Assembly (NCBI GenBank): GCA_041615815.1
Contig: JBFJCP010000014.1
Span: 32,001 to 96,000, forward strand
From: Gemmatimonadales bacterium
GTDB taxonomy: Bacteria; Gemmatimonadota; Gemmatimonadetes; Gemmatimonadales; GWC2-71-9
Direction: 5' to 3'
Length of the DNA stretch: 64,000 bases
Shown in pieces: positions 19,154 through 29,246 of the stretch (the stretch's first letter is position 1; every line of letters starts with the position of its first letter). Under the pieces are notes generated by a model, which was not told where the DNA came from, did not search any database, and worked only from the letters and a program-made list of their open reading frames with translations. Made by a program: the position numbers and the translations under genes.

Positions 19154-19854
19154 GCGGTCGCCTCCTCGAGTGTGAAACGTCCGTCGTACAGCGCCCGCCC
19201 CACGATGACACCGTCCAGCCCAAGGCCTCGAGCGACGGCGAGCTCGTCCAGCCTGGCCACCCCACCGGCGGCGATCACGGACACTCCCATCGTGGCCACC
19301 CGTGCCGCCCCTTCCAGGTCTGCTCCCTCGGCCCGCCCGTCGCGATCGAGATCGCGGTACACGACCGTGTGTATGCCATGGCCGCGGGCACGCCGGACGA
19401 GTGCCTCAATGGCCATGGGTTCCCCGGCGTCCTCTACCCGGTGAGCAATGGTCCCTTGCCGCACATCGATGTTGACGGCGGGCTCGACCGTGTGGCCCAA
19501 CAGCACGAGGAGCCGTTCGAACCGGCTCGACTGCGCCGCGGCCGTCCCAAGCACCACCCGGGTGGCGCCCGTATCCACCGCCTCGCGCACCCATTCTTCG
19601 CCGTCAACGTTGCCACCCAGCTGCACGCGAGCGCCGGGCAGCGCGCAGATGCGGCGGATCACCGCTGTGTTGCTCTTACCGGTGCTGAACGCGCGATCCA
19701 TGTCCACGACGTGCAGCCACGTCGCTCCCTGGGAGAGAAACGTTGCGGCCTGCGTCACGGGGTCCGGGAGCGCGTCCCAGCGCTCGCGTGGGACCCGCTC
19801 TGCCAGGCGAAGGAGCCGCCCGTCCTGAATGTCGATGGCTGGGAGAACCTGCAC
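19141..19854 (-). CDS. hisA: HisA/PriA-family TIM-barrel isomerase (divergent)
   Basis: VLPAIDIQDGRLLRL, LHVVDMD, VVLGTAA, IDVRQG, DLDRDG, VIAAGGV, GVIVGRALY; GTG 19854. Confidence 0.75.
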   Translation of the reverse strand: MQVLPAIDIQDGRLLRLAERVPRERWDALPDPVTQAATFLSQGATWLHVVDMDRAFSTGKSNTAVIRRICALPGARVQLGGNVDGEEWVREAVDTGATRVVLGTAAAQSSRFERLLVLLGHTVEPAVNIDVRQGTIAHRVEDAGEPMAIEALVRRARGHGIHTVVYRDLDRDGRAEGADLEGAARVATMGVSVIAAGGVARLDELAVARGLGLDGVIVGRALYDGRFTLEEATACLP

Positions 19855-19882
19855 GTCCGGAATGTACCCGCGGGGAGACGCC

Positions 19883-21142
19883 TCAGTCTCCTCCAGCGGT
19901 GACCGTGGGGGTGCTGTATTGAAAGATCCGATCGTAATACGTGCGCACCGAGTCGAACTCTGCACGACGGGCGGTGGGAACCGGCTCGCCGTCTCCGTAG
20001 CGCACCGCCGTCCGGGGGTCGAGGTGGCGACCGTTCTTGATGAACTCGTAGTGAACGTGGGCGCCGGTGGCCAACCCGGTGGAGCCAACGAAGCCGATGC
20101 GCTCGCCCTGCCGCACGGTGGTGCCCGGCCGAACCCCCCGCGCAAGGGAGCTGAGATGCGCATACCGCGTCTCGACATCCTTGGAGTGCCGAATGGCCAC
20201 CATGATGCCATACCCGCCCCACCGTCCAGCGCGGCTGACCACGCCGTCCGCGGTAGCCCAGACCTCGGCCCCGCGTGGGGCGCCGAAGTCGATTCCCAGA
20301 TGTGGGCGGTACCGTTTGAGGACCGGGTGGTAGCGACGGTTGGAGAAGCGTGACGTAATGCGGTACGGAACGGGCGACAGCTTGAAGTCCCGCAGCAGCG
20401 CGCGCCCTTCCTCGTCGTAATAGGCGTTGCGACCGTCGTCCAGCGGGAGCACGTAGGCGGAATTCAGCCGATTGCGGGTCTCGATACGGGCCGCCGTGAT
20501 GCGGCCGTAGCGAACATCGCCTTGGGGCGACTGGAGACGCTCGAACAGAATCTGAAACTCGTCACCGGGATGGATATCCCGCGTGAAATCGATCACCCAC
20601 CCGAATACGCCGTCGGCGAGATCCCATGCCAGCAAGGCCCGTTGCGCCGCCGGGAGCATGCTATCCGGAACGGCCGCATCCAGCGTCTCAAAGAGCGACG
20701 TTTGGATGGCACCCTGCACGAACTCCAGTTGCACGGTCCACGGGATGGGCTCCGAGGAGCCACTCCAAACTTCGCCGCCACTTCGTTCGAGCGTGAGGAT
20801 GCGCTCGTCCCCCACCCGGACCACGACCCGGTCCGGCTTGGGGTGATTGACCGCGTACGTGAACTGGAACACCTGTCCGGCGCGCACGCGGCGTGGATTC
20901 AGCCCCTCGGCAGCGTCCAACACGGCGAACAGCTCCTGCCCGGAGATGTTGTGGCGCGCAAAGAGGTGGGTGAGGGTTTCGTTCCGGCGCATGGTATCCG
21001 CACGAAGCTCGTGAGCGGTGGTCACCATGATCGGTGCCGCCGTCGGAATCGTATCCCGTGGCTCCCACAGCCAGATCAGCGTGCTGACCAGCAGGGCCAG
21101 CACGCCGAATGGTGCCGCTCCTCGGAGTATTGCTGCGCGCAT
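19883..21142 (-). CDS. M23 peptidoglycan DD-endopeptidase (MepM-like)
   Basis: RITSRF..RYHPVLK.YRPHLGIDFGAP (HxxxD), TRYAHLS, TGAHVHYE (HxH). Confidence 0.9.
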   Translation of the reverse strand: MRAAILRGAAPFGVLALLVSTLIWLWEPRDTIPTAAPIMVTTAHELRADTMRRNETLTHLFARHNISGQELFAVLDAAEGLNPRRVRAGQVFQFTYAVNHPKPDRVVVRVGDERILTLERSGGEVWSGSSEPIPWTVQLEFVQGAIQTSLFETLDAAVPDSMLPAAQRALLAWDLADGVFGWVIDFTRDIHPGDEFQILFERLQSPQGDVRYGRITAARIETRNRLNSAYVLPLDDGRNAYYDEEGRALLRDFKLSPVPYRITSRFSNRRYHPVLKRYRPHLGIDFGAPRGAEVWATADGVVSRAGRWGGYGIMVAIRHSKDVETRYAHLSSLARGVRPGTTVRQGERIGFVGSTGLATGAHVHYEFIKNGRHLDPRTAVRYGDGEPVPTARRAEFDSVRTYYDRIFQYSTPTVTAGGD

Positions 21143-22290
21143 CAATCCATTTGACGGCGGATGAACGTTGGGATCTCCATCTCTGAGATCTCTTCGGCAT
21201 CCGGCGGCGGTGCCGGCTTGGGAGCCGTCATCCCGCGGTTGGGGGGTGCCGCCGGCCGCGGCGCCCGTTGGGGAAAGGGTAGCACCCCGGGTGTCCCGGC
21301 GCGACCAAAGGGGCCTTCTTGCTGGCTCAGGGCCTTGTCGAATCCGGTGGCGATCACCGTCACCCGGACCTCGCCCTGCATGGCGGGATCGTGAACCGCA
21401 CCAAAGATGATTTCGGCCTGATCGCCGGAGGCATCGTGGATGATCTCGCTGATCTGGTTGACCTCCCCGAGCGTGAGATCTTCACCACCGGTGATGTTGA
21501 CGAGGACACCCGTGGATCCGTTGATGCTCACGTCGTCCAGCAGCGGACTCGCGATGGCCTGCTGCGCGGCTTCCATGGCCCGGTCGTCACCGCGGGCCAC
21601 CCCAGTCCCCATCAGGGCGGAGCCGCCGTTCTGCATCACGGTTCGGACGTCGGCGAAGTCCACGTTCACCAGGCCGGTGACGCTGATGAGCGTGGAAATC
21701 CCCTGGGTCGCGTGGAGCAGAACTTCATCGGCCTTCTTCAGCGCCTCCTGAAACGGCACGTTCTTGCCGACTACCGAGAGGAGCCGCTCGTTGGGCACGA
21801 CGATCATCGTGTCCACGTGCTTGCGCATCTCGGCGATCCCGATATCCGCCTGACGCATCCGCTTGCGCCCCTCGAAGAGGAACGGCTTCGTGATGATGCC
21901 GACGGTGAGGGATCCGACGTCGCGTGCGAGCTGGGAGATGATGGGCGACGCGCCCGTGCCGGTCCCACCTCCCATGCCGCAGGTCACGAACACGAGGTCG
22001 GCGCCCTCCAAGACGCGCAGCACCTCGTCCCGATTCTCTTCGATGGCCTGACGCCCAATCTCCGGCCGCGCCCCGGCCCCGAGACCTCGGGTGAGCTTCT
22101 TACCAATCTGAACTTTCACGTCGGCTTTGTTGTGCAGCAAGGCCTGTGCGTCCGTGTTCACCGAGATGAACTCGACGCCCGTGAGATGCTCGTCGATCAT
22201 GCGGTTGACGGCGTTCCCACCGCCACCGCCGACGCCCACCACCTTCATGCGGGCGTTCTGCGACACCGTCTCTTCCAATTCGAAGACCAT
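21142..22290 (-). CDS. ftsZ: Cell division protein FtsZ
   Basis: GGGGGNAVNRM, GMGGGTGTG tubulin signature, NVDFADV, C-terminal EIPTFIRRQMD. Confidence 0.99.
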   Translation of the reverse strand: MVFELEETVSQNARMKVVGVGGGGGNAVNRMIDEHLTGVEFISVNTDAQALLHNKADVKVQIGKKLTRGLGAGARPEIGRQAIEENRDEVLRVLEGADLVFVTCGMGGGTGTGASPIISQLARDVGSLTVGIITKPFLFEGRKRMRQADIGIAEMRKHVDTMIVVPNERLLSVVGKNVPFQEALKKADEVLLHATQGISTLISVTGLVNVDFADVRTVMQNGGSALMGTGVARGDDRAMEAAQQAIASPLLDDVSINGSTGVLVNITGGEDLTLGEVNQISEIIHDASGDQAEIIFGAVHDPAMQGEVRVTVIATGFDKALSQQEGPFGRAGTPGVLPFPQRAPRPAAPPNRGMTAPKPAPPPDAEEISEMEIPTFIRRQMD

Positions 22291-22308
22291 GGTCCCTCGT
22301 TCGCCCTC

Positions 22309-23541
22309 TTAGAAGAAGTCTTGCAGCCAGCGCCTGACTGGCGCGAGCAACTTACCGACAGACGTATCCACTGCTCCGTTGTCACGGAAACGTTGCCGGG
22401 CGGCAAACAACACCAGACCGACCGGCACGGCATACCGTGGCGCCTGCACGCTGTCGACGAGTCCCGAGACGTGCGCTTCCGGCACAGCGGTGCGCACGGA
22501 CATGGCAAACACCTCCCGCACCAACTCCACGATCCCCACCAGGTCCGCGCCGCCTCCCGTGAGGACGACACCGGCCGGCAACCGCCCACCAAACCCGGCG
22601 GCCTCGATCTGATTCAGAACGAGCCGCAGGATTTCGTCCATGCGCGAGTTGATGATATGGGTGAGGAGCTCGCGTTTGGCCTCACGCGGTCCCTGGCCCG
22701 GCGTCCCGGGAAGGGCCACTACTTCTTCCGGATCCACCAACGGAGGGAATGCGACGCCCCACCGTTCCTTGATGCGCTCGGCATCGCGTTGGGTCACGCC
22801 CAAACCTTGCACGAGATCACTCGTGACCAGCCAGCCGGCAAACGGCAGCGACGAGAGGTGCCGCAGCTTTCCCTCATGAAAGATGGCCGTGGTCGTGAGT
22901 CCACCACCGAGATCGATCAAGGCGCATCCGAGCTCTTTCTCTTCGTCACTCAGACAGGCCAGCGACGCTGCGAGCGGTTCCAGCACCAGACCGGCAATCC
23001 GATATCCAGCGCGGTCGACGGCTTTGCAGACGTTCTGCACGTCCTTGCTGTGCACCGAGACCAGACACATCTCGACCTCGAGGCGCATCCCCACCATGCC
23101 CACCGGGTCGTTGATCCCACCCTGAGAGTCGACTTTGTATTCGAGGGGGATGTAATGGAGGAGCTCGTATCCCTCCCCGAGGGGAACCGCCTTGGCCACT
23201 TCGTGCACCCGCTCGGCATCCGGCCGCGTGATCTCGTCACCCGTCACGGAGGCGAGTCCGTGGGACACCTGCGTGCGAATGTGCTCGCCGGCGATCCCGC
23301 AGTAGACACCGGGGACCTCCACACCGGCCATGCGCTCCGCGTCTCGGACCGCCCGGACGATGGATCGCGTCGTCTCCTCGATGTCCCGCACTTTGCCGCG
23401 CTTCACCCCAGACGTGCGAGCCATCCCGATCCCGAGGATCTTGGCGCCGGCCATCCCCTCCTCGGGCATGGCCTCGGCGATGATGGCGCACGTTTTCGTG
23501 CTCCCGAGGTTGAGACTGGCGACCAGATTCTCTCGCTTCAC
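22309..23541 (-). CDS. ftsA: Cell division protein FtsA
   Basis: LGSTKT, PVGMVGMRLE, EKELGCALIDLGGG, GVVLTGGGA, C-terminal amphipathic RRWLQDFF; GTG 23541. Confidence 0.96.
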   Translation of the reverse strand: MKRENLVASLNLGSTKTCAIIAEAMPEEGMAGAKILGIGMARTSGVKRGKVRDIEETTRSIVRAVRDAERMAGVEVPGVYCGIAGEHIRTQVSHGLASVTGDEITRPDAERVHEVAKAVPLGEGYELLHYIPLEYKVDSQGGINDPVGMVGMRLEVEMCLVSVHSKDVQNVCKAVDRAGYRIAGLVLEPLAASLACLSDEEKELGCALIDLGGGLTTTAIFHEGKLRHLSSLPFAGWLVTSDLVQGLGVTQRDAERIKERWGVAFPPLVDPEEVVALPGTPGQGPREAKRELLTHIINSRMDEILRLVLNQIEAAGFGGRLPAGVVLTGGGADLVGIVELVREVFAMSVRTAVPEAHVSGLVDSVQAPRYAVPVGLVLFAARQRFRDNGAVDTSVGKLLAPVRRWLQDFF

Positions 23542-24218
23542 ACGCCTCCTCGTCGGGCGAACACGCGTCCGGCGAACCGGGCATCGAGCAGCTCGAACCG
23601 TCGGCCCGTAGCGGCAAGGTGGTTCCGCACCGCGCCGAGCGCTCGAATCTCCTCGGCGCTCGGGATGCTGCGAACCACGAGCTCCTGATTCGTGAGCTCC
23701 AACACGACTCCGTCCGGGCCCAACCGACGAGCACTCTGGACCTCGCGGTAGAGCGCCGAATCGCGAACGCGCACCTGCCACAGGGTCCGGACCAGCTGTG
23801 TATCCGGCCGAGGGATCACGGGCAAGTCGAGCCCAGTCACGGCCGGATGGTACGGGAGCGGACGGGCGGCCGTGTCGAGCGCCACCAGTCCCTCCGGTCC
23901 CGGCGCGAACGCCACCGCCGGGCGCTCCCGGAAGACGAGCTGCAGCGTCCCCGGTGGGCGGCGCCGGACTTGCGCGGCGACGACACCAGGGAGACGCTCT
24001 GCCCGCTCCTCGAGCGCTCGCCGATCGTCAAAAAGATTGAGCTCCGCCGGGAGCTCGAGCGCCACCAGAATGCTTTCCGGCGCCAGGTAGCGGAGACCCA
24101 CCAGCTCGACCTGGCGCACCAGGAAGAAGTCCATGTGCCGCAGGAGGAGCGGACTGGCGAACACCGCCACGACGGCAAGGGCCAGGCCGAGACCAGCCAA
24201 TCGGAGTCGAGCGCTCAC
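23538..24218 (-). CDS. ftsQ: FtsQ/DivIB POTRA protein
   Basis: TM helix, FLVRQVELVGLRYL POTRA start, VRRRPPGTLQLVFRER, LDARF; lies between murC and ftsA. Confidence 0.85.
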   Translation of the reverse strand: MSARLRLAGLGLALAVVAVFASPLLLRHMDFFLVRQVELVGLRYLAPESILVALELPAELNLFDDRRALEERAERLPGVVAAQVRRRPPGTLQLVFRERPAVAFAPGPEGLVALDTAARPLPYHPAVTGLDLPVIPRPDTQLVRTLWQVRVRDSALYREVQSARRLGPDGVVLELTNQELVVRSIPSAEEIRALGAVRNHLAATGRRFELLDARFAGRVFARRGGV

Positions 24219-25594
24219 GCCGCGCTCCCCGCCAAACGGTGGAGAAGCTCGGCACCGACTTCCGTGATGTCCCCCGCACCCATGGTGAGCACGACATCTC
24301 CTTCTCTCACGAGTTGCAGCACCCGATCCGCCACATCCGCACGGTTCGGCACCCACACGACGGCGACGCCCGCCCCGCGCGCCGCGTCCGCCACCACTTC
24401 CCCGGTGACTCCCGGTATCGGCGCTTCACGCGCCGGATACACGGCCGTCACCAGCACCACATCTGCTGCGGCGAGGGCCGCTCCCATCGCGGCCCCATGC
24501 CGTTGGGTCCGCGTGTAGAGGTGCGGCTGAAACACGGCAACCAGGCGGGCGCCCGGAAAACGCTGCCGCGCCGCCTCAAGGGTCGCCGTCACCTCCGTGG
24601 GGTGGTGGGCGTAGTCATCCACCACCGTGATCCCGCGACGGGTGCCAAGCCGGTCGAAGCGCCGTCCAACGCCGTCGAAGCCGGCGAGCGCGCGTGCCGC
24701 CGTCGGAACATCTGCACCAACCGCCCATGCCGCGGCCACCGCCATGCCGGCGTTGCGGACGTTGTGGACGCCGGGCACCACGAGACTCACATCCACCTCC
24801 GTGGCATCGGGCAGGCGCACGCGCGCCCGGGATCCTTCGGCATCCGTCGCGACGTTCGTCAACCGAACATCGGCGTCGGCACGCACCCCCACCCCCAGCG
24901 CTGCCCTACCCACGGCCGTTGCGACTCGCCTCGCGCCGGGGTCGTCGGCGCCTACGAACACACGCTCCGCGCGAGCCGCGAATGTGGCGAACGCCGCTTC
25001 CAGGGCGTCCACGGAGCCGTAGCACTCGAGATGGTCCGGCTCCACATTGTTCACGACCGCGACGGTGGGGCTCAGGGTCAAGAAGGCCTTGTCGTATTCA
25101 TCGGCCTCCACGACGAACAGCTCGTCCCCACCGAAGCGCACGTTGCCGCCCCAGGCCGCCACCCGTCCTCCGACGATCCCCGTCGGATTCGCGCCCCCGG
25201 CGGCTAGGGCATGCGTCGTCATCGCCGTCGTCGTGGTCTTGCCGTGGGTGCCGGACACCGCCACGACCACGCCGCCCTCCACCACGTGTTGCAACGCCTC
25301 CGCGCGCCGAATCACCGGGATACCGGCCGCGCGAGCCGCGGACAGTTCCGGGTGGTCGGCCGGCACGGCGGCCGTGTGCACGACGGCACGGGCACCAGCG
25401 ATGTGGCTCGGGTCGTGTCCCGTCGCTACGGGTACACCTGCCCGGACCAGCTCCGCGGCCCCGCTCGCCTGAAGATCACATCCGGTGACTGCCACCCCAC
25501 GTCGCCTGGCAATGAGCGCCAGGGCACTCATCCCCGCGCCGCCTATCCCCATCAGGTGAAGGGGTCGAGGATTGTCCGGGGCGAACAGCTGCAT
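24215..25594 (-). CDS. murC: UDP-N-acetylmuramate--L-alanine ligase
   Basis: GIGGAGMS, GTHGKTTT, EADEYD, DDYAHHPTE, FQPHLYTRT. Confidence 0.96.
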   Translation of the reverse strand: MQLFAPDNPRPLHLMGIGGAGMSALALIARRRGVAVTGCDLQASGAAELVRAGVPVATGHDPSHIAGARAVVHTAAVPADHPELSAARAAGIPVIRRAEALQHVVEGGVVVAVSGTHGKTTTTAMTTHALAAGGANPTGIVGGRVAAWGGNVRFGGDELFVVEADEYDKAFLTLSPTVAVVNNVEPDHLECYGSVDALEAAFATFAARAERVFVGADDPGARRVATAVGRAALGVGVRADADVRLTNVATDAEGSRARVRLPDATEVDVSLVVPGVHNVRNAGMAVAAAWAVGADVPTAARALAGFDGVGRRFDRLGTRRGITVVDDYAHHPTEVTATLEAARQRFPGARLVAVFQPHLYTRTQRHGAAMGAALAAADVVLVTAVYPAREAPIPGVTGEVVADAARGAGVAVVWVPNRADVADRVLQLVREGDVVLTMGAGDITEVGAELLHRLAGSAA

Positions 25595-25607
25595 CGGTTG
25601 GGCAGCT

Positions 25608-25636
25608 AATATAAGGCGCCATCGAAACTTGCGAAA
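25608..25636 (-). promoter_or_regulatory. Possible internal promoter upstream of murC
   Basis: TATATT -10 (25613-25608) with a weak -35-like TTCGCA in the murG-murC gap. Confidence 0.3.
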
Positions 25637-25646
25637 GCTTCTGGAC

Positions 25647-26741
25647 TTAGCTCACCAGGGACCGCAGCGCTCGAGCGATTTCGATCGCGGCGTTCGGGCG
25701 GCCACGCGCGGCGGCTGCTCCGCTCATTTGAGCAAGTCGCGCCGGTGCTCCCAGAAGTTGCCGTATCTGCTCCCCAAGGATTCCAGGCGTCAGCGTGCGT
25801 TCCGGTTGGTGTACGGCCGCCCCGGCTGCTTCGAGCGCGAGGGCGTTGCGCGTCTGGTGATCTGCGGCGGCAGTGGGTAGGGGGATCAAGACCGACGGGA
25901 GCCCCCACGCGCAAAGCTCGGCCGTCGTCATGGCGCCCGCGCGGGTCACTGCGAGATCTGCCGCGGCGTACGCATGGGCGATGGGGTCCCAGAATGGGCG
26001 AAGCAGACACCCGGGCCGTTCTTGAAAATGCGCGTACTGCTCCCACAGGCGGATTCCGGTGCTCCACAGCACCGTAATCCCATCCAGTAGGCCCTCCTGC
26101 AGTGCTCCAGCCGTGGCTCGATTGATTCCCCGTGCTCCCTGGCTCCCGCCCATGACGAACGCCACCGGGCGCTCGATCGGGATCTGCAGGAGGGCGCGGG
26201 CTTCGGGACGGCTGGGACGGGGGGTGGGTGGAGGAACGATGGGGTTGCCGAGCGTGTGAACCGTGGTTTCGGGCCGGATGCTCAGGCGCGTGGCCGCTTC
26301 CGGGAATCCGAGGTGGATCTGGCGGGCCCGCCGAGCCAGACAACGTGTCGTGATGCCGGGGTAGGCGTTCTGCTCTTGGAGTGCGACCGGAATGCCGCGC
26401 CGCGCGGCGCGAAAGACGATCGGACCCGCCGCGTAGCCTCCGGTGCTGATCGCCAATGCGGGTGTTTCTTGGTCGAGGAGCGCAGAGCACGCCCGCCAGA
26501 TCCTGATCCCGACCCCGAGCCACCGTGTGTTTCTCCACCACGTGCGACGATAGATGGGCTCGAAGGGGAGCAGGTGGAAGCGATACGGGCGCCGTGGCAG
26601 GATGGTGGCTTCGACGCCGCGCTGCGCGCCCACCAGGACGGGTTCGACGTTAGGATCCAGCTGCTGGATGGCGTCGGCGAGTGCCAGGGCGGGCATGAGA
26701 TGCCCGCCGGTTCCGCCGCCAGCGATCAGGACCCGAGGCAA
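25647..26741 (-). CDS. murG: MurG glycosyltransferase
   Basis: GGGTGGH, TGGY, EQNAYPG, GNP, GGSQGA, RAGA, HQTRNA. Confidence 0.96.
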   Translation of the reverse strand: MPRVLIAGGGTGGHLMPALALADAIQQLDPNVEPVLVGAQRGVEATILPRRPYRFHLLPFEPIYRRTWWRNTRWLGVGIRIWRACSALLDQETPALAISTGGYAAGPIVFRAARRGIPVALQEQNAYPGITTRCLARRARQIHLGFPEAATRLSIRPETTVHTLGNPIVPPPTPRPSRPEARALLQIPIERPVAFVMGGSQGARGINRATAGALQEGLLDGITVLWSTGIRLWEQYAHFQERPGCLLRPFWDPIAHAYAAADLAVTRAGAMTTAELCAWGLPSVLIPLPTAAADHQTRNALALEAAGAAVHQPERTLTPGILGEQIRQLLGAPARLAQMSGAAAARGRPNAAIEIARALRSLVS

Positions 26742-26748
26742 CGGAACG

Positions 26749-27900
26749 TCAGCGGGCCGGCCGCTGGTGGGCGATGTTGATGAGAATGCCGGTGGCGATC
26801 AGCGCGACCACGAGGTGCGTCCCGCCGTACGACAAAAGGGGCAGTGGAAGTCCGGTGGTGGGCATGATGCCCAGCGTCACCGCGATGTGGAGCGCCGCCG
26901 TGAGACCGACGAGCGCGGTGACGCCGGTGGCCAAGAGCATCCCAAACCGGTCCGCGGCGGTCTTGGCGACGCGAAGGCCAAGCACCACGTAGAGGGTGTA
27001 GAGCGTCAGCGTCACCACCACCCCCACAAAGCCGTATTCCTCTCCGATCGTACTGAACAGGAAATCCGAAGCGGCGTGCGGGAGATAGCCCAACTTCTGG
27101 AGGCCCTCGCCCGGTCCCAGACCAAACAACTGTCCCGAGCCGATCCCCAGCAGCGATTGTCTCATTTGCCACCCGAGTGCGGCCGTGGTCTCCTCGCCGA
27201 TACCGAAGATCGAGAGCAGCATTTTGAGAAATGCCGTGACGCGCTCGAGCCGATACGGCTCCGCGATGATCGCCCACGCAAAGAAGGGCAGCGATGCCAA
27301 CGCCACGAGCAGGAAGTGCCCAATGCGGGCGCCCGCCGTGAAGACAACGATGCCGGTCAAAAGCGCCAACCGGGCAGCCGTCGAGAGATCTGGCTGGATG
27401 ACGATCAACCCGGTGAGGGGGACGAGAACGACGAGAAAGCGCGACAGCCCTTCCCGGAAGCTCCCCAACATTTTCTCCCGTTTGGTGGCGAGCATCGCCG
27501 TCCACATGACCGCGGCGAGTGTGGCCACCTCAGAGGGCTGGATGCTCAAGGGTCCGATCCGGATCCAGCGACGTGCGCCATTCACGACCGGGGCGATGCC
27601 GTGGGTGAAGGGCAGCACCACGATGACGAGGCCGATGGTGGCCACGGCCAGCAGAGACCAGGTAACCAGCTCGTCCTGCCACACGTGGTAATCCGTCTTG
27701 GCACAGACCACGAGCAGAATCCCTCCAAGGACGGCCGCGAGCAGCTGTTTGAACGCGAAGTACCAGCCCGGTCGCCCGAGCTCCACCGCGTGGATGCTGG
27801 ACGCTCCATAGACCAATCCGATCCCCACGATGACCAGCGCGACAGCGACGATCCCCACCATCCGTCCCTGGGTGAGATCGCGTTCGCTCAACACCTGCAT
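26749..27900 (-). CDS. ftsW: SEDS peptidoglycan polymerase FtsW
   Basis: NGARRWI, IQPSE, QPDL, LPHAASDFLF, EEYG, PTTGLPLPLLSYGG. Confidence 0.94.
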   Translation of the reverse strand: MQVLSERDLTQGRMVGIVAVALVIVGIGLVYGASSIHAVELGRPGWYFAFKQLLAAVLGGILLVVCAKTDYHVWQDELVTWSLLAVATIGLVIVVLPFTHGIAPVVNGARRWIRIGPLSIQPSEVATLAAVMWTAMLATKREKMLGSFREGLSRFLVVLVPLTGLIVIQPDLSTAARLALLTGIVVFTAGARIGHFLLVALASLPFFAWAIIAEPYRLERVTAFLKMLLSIFGIGEETTAALGWQMRQSLLGIGSGQLFGLGPGEGLQKLGYLPHAASDFLFSTIGEEYGFVGVVVTLTLYTLYVVLGLRVAKTAADRFGMLLATGVTALVGLTAALHIAVTLGIMPTTGLPLPLLSYGGTHLVVALIATGILINIAHQRPAR

Positions 27901-29246
27901 CGTTCCTCCACCAGCGCGCGGAACCGAGCGCCCCGCTCCTCGAAGTTGGCAAACTGGTCGTAGCTCGCGCAGGCCGGGGCCAGGAGGACAGTCGTGCCCG
28001 AGGTGGCCAGCTCGCCCGCACGGCGGACGGCCTCGTCGAACCTCTGCACCGTCTCTACCGGTGCGCCGCTCGCCGCGAGTGCGGGAGCCACCAAGTGCCC
28101 GGCTGCCCCATACGCGACGACGGCGCGACAGTGTTTGGATAAGGCTTGGGCCAACGGCTCGTAGCGTTCGCCCTTGTGGTGTCCGCCGACGATCAATATG
28201 AAAGGCCCTGTCATGGCCTGGACGGCCCGGATGGCGGCGGTGACGTTGGTTGCCTTCGAGTCGTTGACCCAGCGGACCCCATCGGTTTCCGCCACGGGTT
28301 CGAGGCGGTGGGCGAGCGGTTGGAACGTTCGCAGCCCCCCCGCGAGCGAAGAGGTCTCGACGCCGGTTGCGCGCGCGGCCAGGGCGGCAGCCAGGGCGTT
28401 GGCCACGTTGTGCTCGCCCAACAGGGGGAGCTCGTCCCGCCGCAGCACCGGTTCGTCCTCCACCATCAAATATTCGCCCACTCGATCGAACCAGGCATCG
28501 GCCTCCGCGCCAATTCGGAAGTGTCGCCTCGTTCCCGGCACGCCGCGGGCGAGCGCCAGTACGGCGTCATCGTCGCCATTCAGCACCCATACGGAGTCGG
28601 CCGTCGCGTTGCGGAAGAGTAGGCGTTTGTCCGCGTAGTACGCCTTGGCGTCGGGATACCGATCCAAGTGATCGGGAGCGAGGTTGGTCACGACACCCAC
28701 CGCCGGCGCGAGATGTGGCGCGTCATGGAGCTGAAAGGACGACGCCTCCACGGCAATCCAGTCCGGGAGGGTTGGCTCCCGCGCGACATCGATGAGCGGA
28801 CGGCCGATGTTGCCCGCCGCCTCGGCCCGCAGACCCGCAGTCTGTAAGAGATGGGCAATGAGCGCGGTGGTGGTGCTCTTCCCGTTGGTTCCCGTGACGA
28901 CCACGAGCCGCACACTTTCGAGCGCCCGAACGGCAAGATCCAGCTCCGCCACGATTTCACGACGAGCGGATCGCGCTGCCTTCAGCGCGGGGGCGTCCGG
29001 CGGAACGCCAGGAGAGACAACCACCGCCACCGCGCGCCGGATACGGTCCAAGTCGTGACGACCCACATCCACCGCAACTCCGTCGTGGCTCAGCGTGGCG
29101 GCGGCGGCCCGGAGCACGGGCGTGTCAGCCAGATCGGACCCATACACCGCGACTCCTTGGCGCACGAGCCACTGCGCCGCGGCGATCCCACTCCGCCCCA
29201 ACCCGATCACCGCCACTTCACCCGACCGCCACCCGCTGGGAATCAT
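27888..29246 (-). CDS. murD: MurD ligase
   Basis: GLGRSG, SPGVP, GTNGKSTT, EASSFQL, NDSKATN, LAPACASYDQF; ATG 29246. Confidence 0.96.
   Translation of the reverse strand: MIPSGWRSGEVAVIGLGRSGIAAAQWLVRQGVAVYGSDLADTPVLRAAAATLSHDGVAVDVGRHDLDRIRRAVAVVVSPGVPPDAPALKAARSARREIVAELDLAVRALESVRLVVVTGTNGKSTTTALIAHLLQTAGLRAEAAGNIGRPLIDVAREPTLPDWIAVEASSFQLHDAPHLAPAVGVVTNLAPDHLDRYPDAKAYYADKRLLFRNATADSVWVLNGDDDAVLALARGVPGTRRHFRIGAEADAWFDRVGEYLMVEDEPVLRRDELPLLGEHNVANALAAALAARATGVETSSLAGGLRTFQPLAHRLEPVAETDGVRWVNDSKATNVTAAIRAVQAMTGPFILIVGGHHKGERYEPLAQALSKHCRAVVAYGAAGHLVAPALAASGAPVETVQRFDEAVRRAGELATSGTTVLLAPACASYDQFANFEERGARFRALVEERCRC

Noticed and set aside
21319..23688. 789-aa plus-strand ORF
   Set aside because: Antisense shadow of ftsA/ftsZ caused by high-GC codon bias; no recognisable domain.
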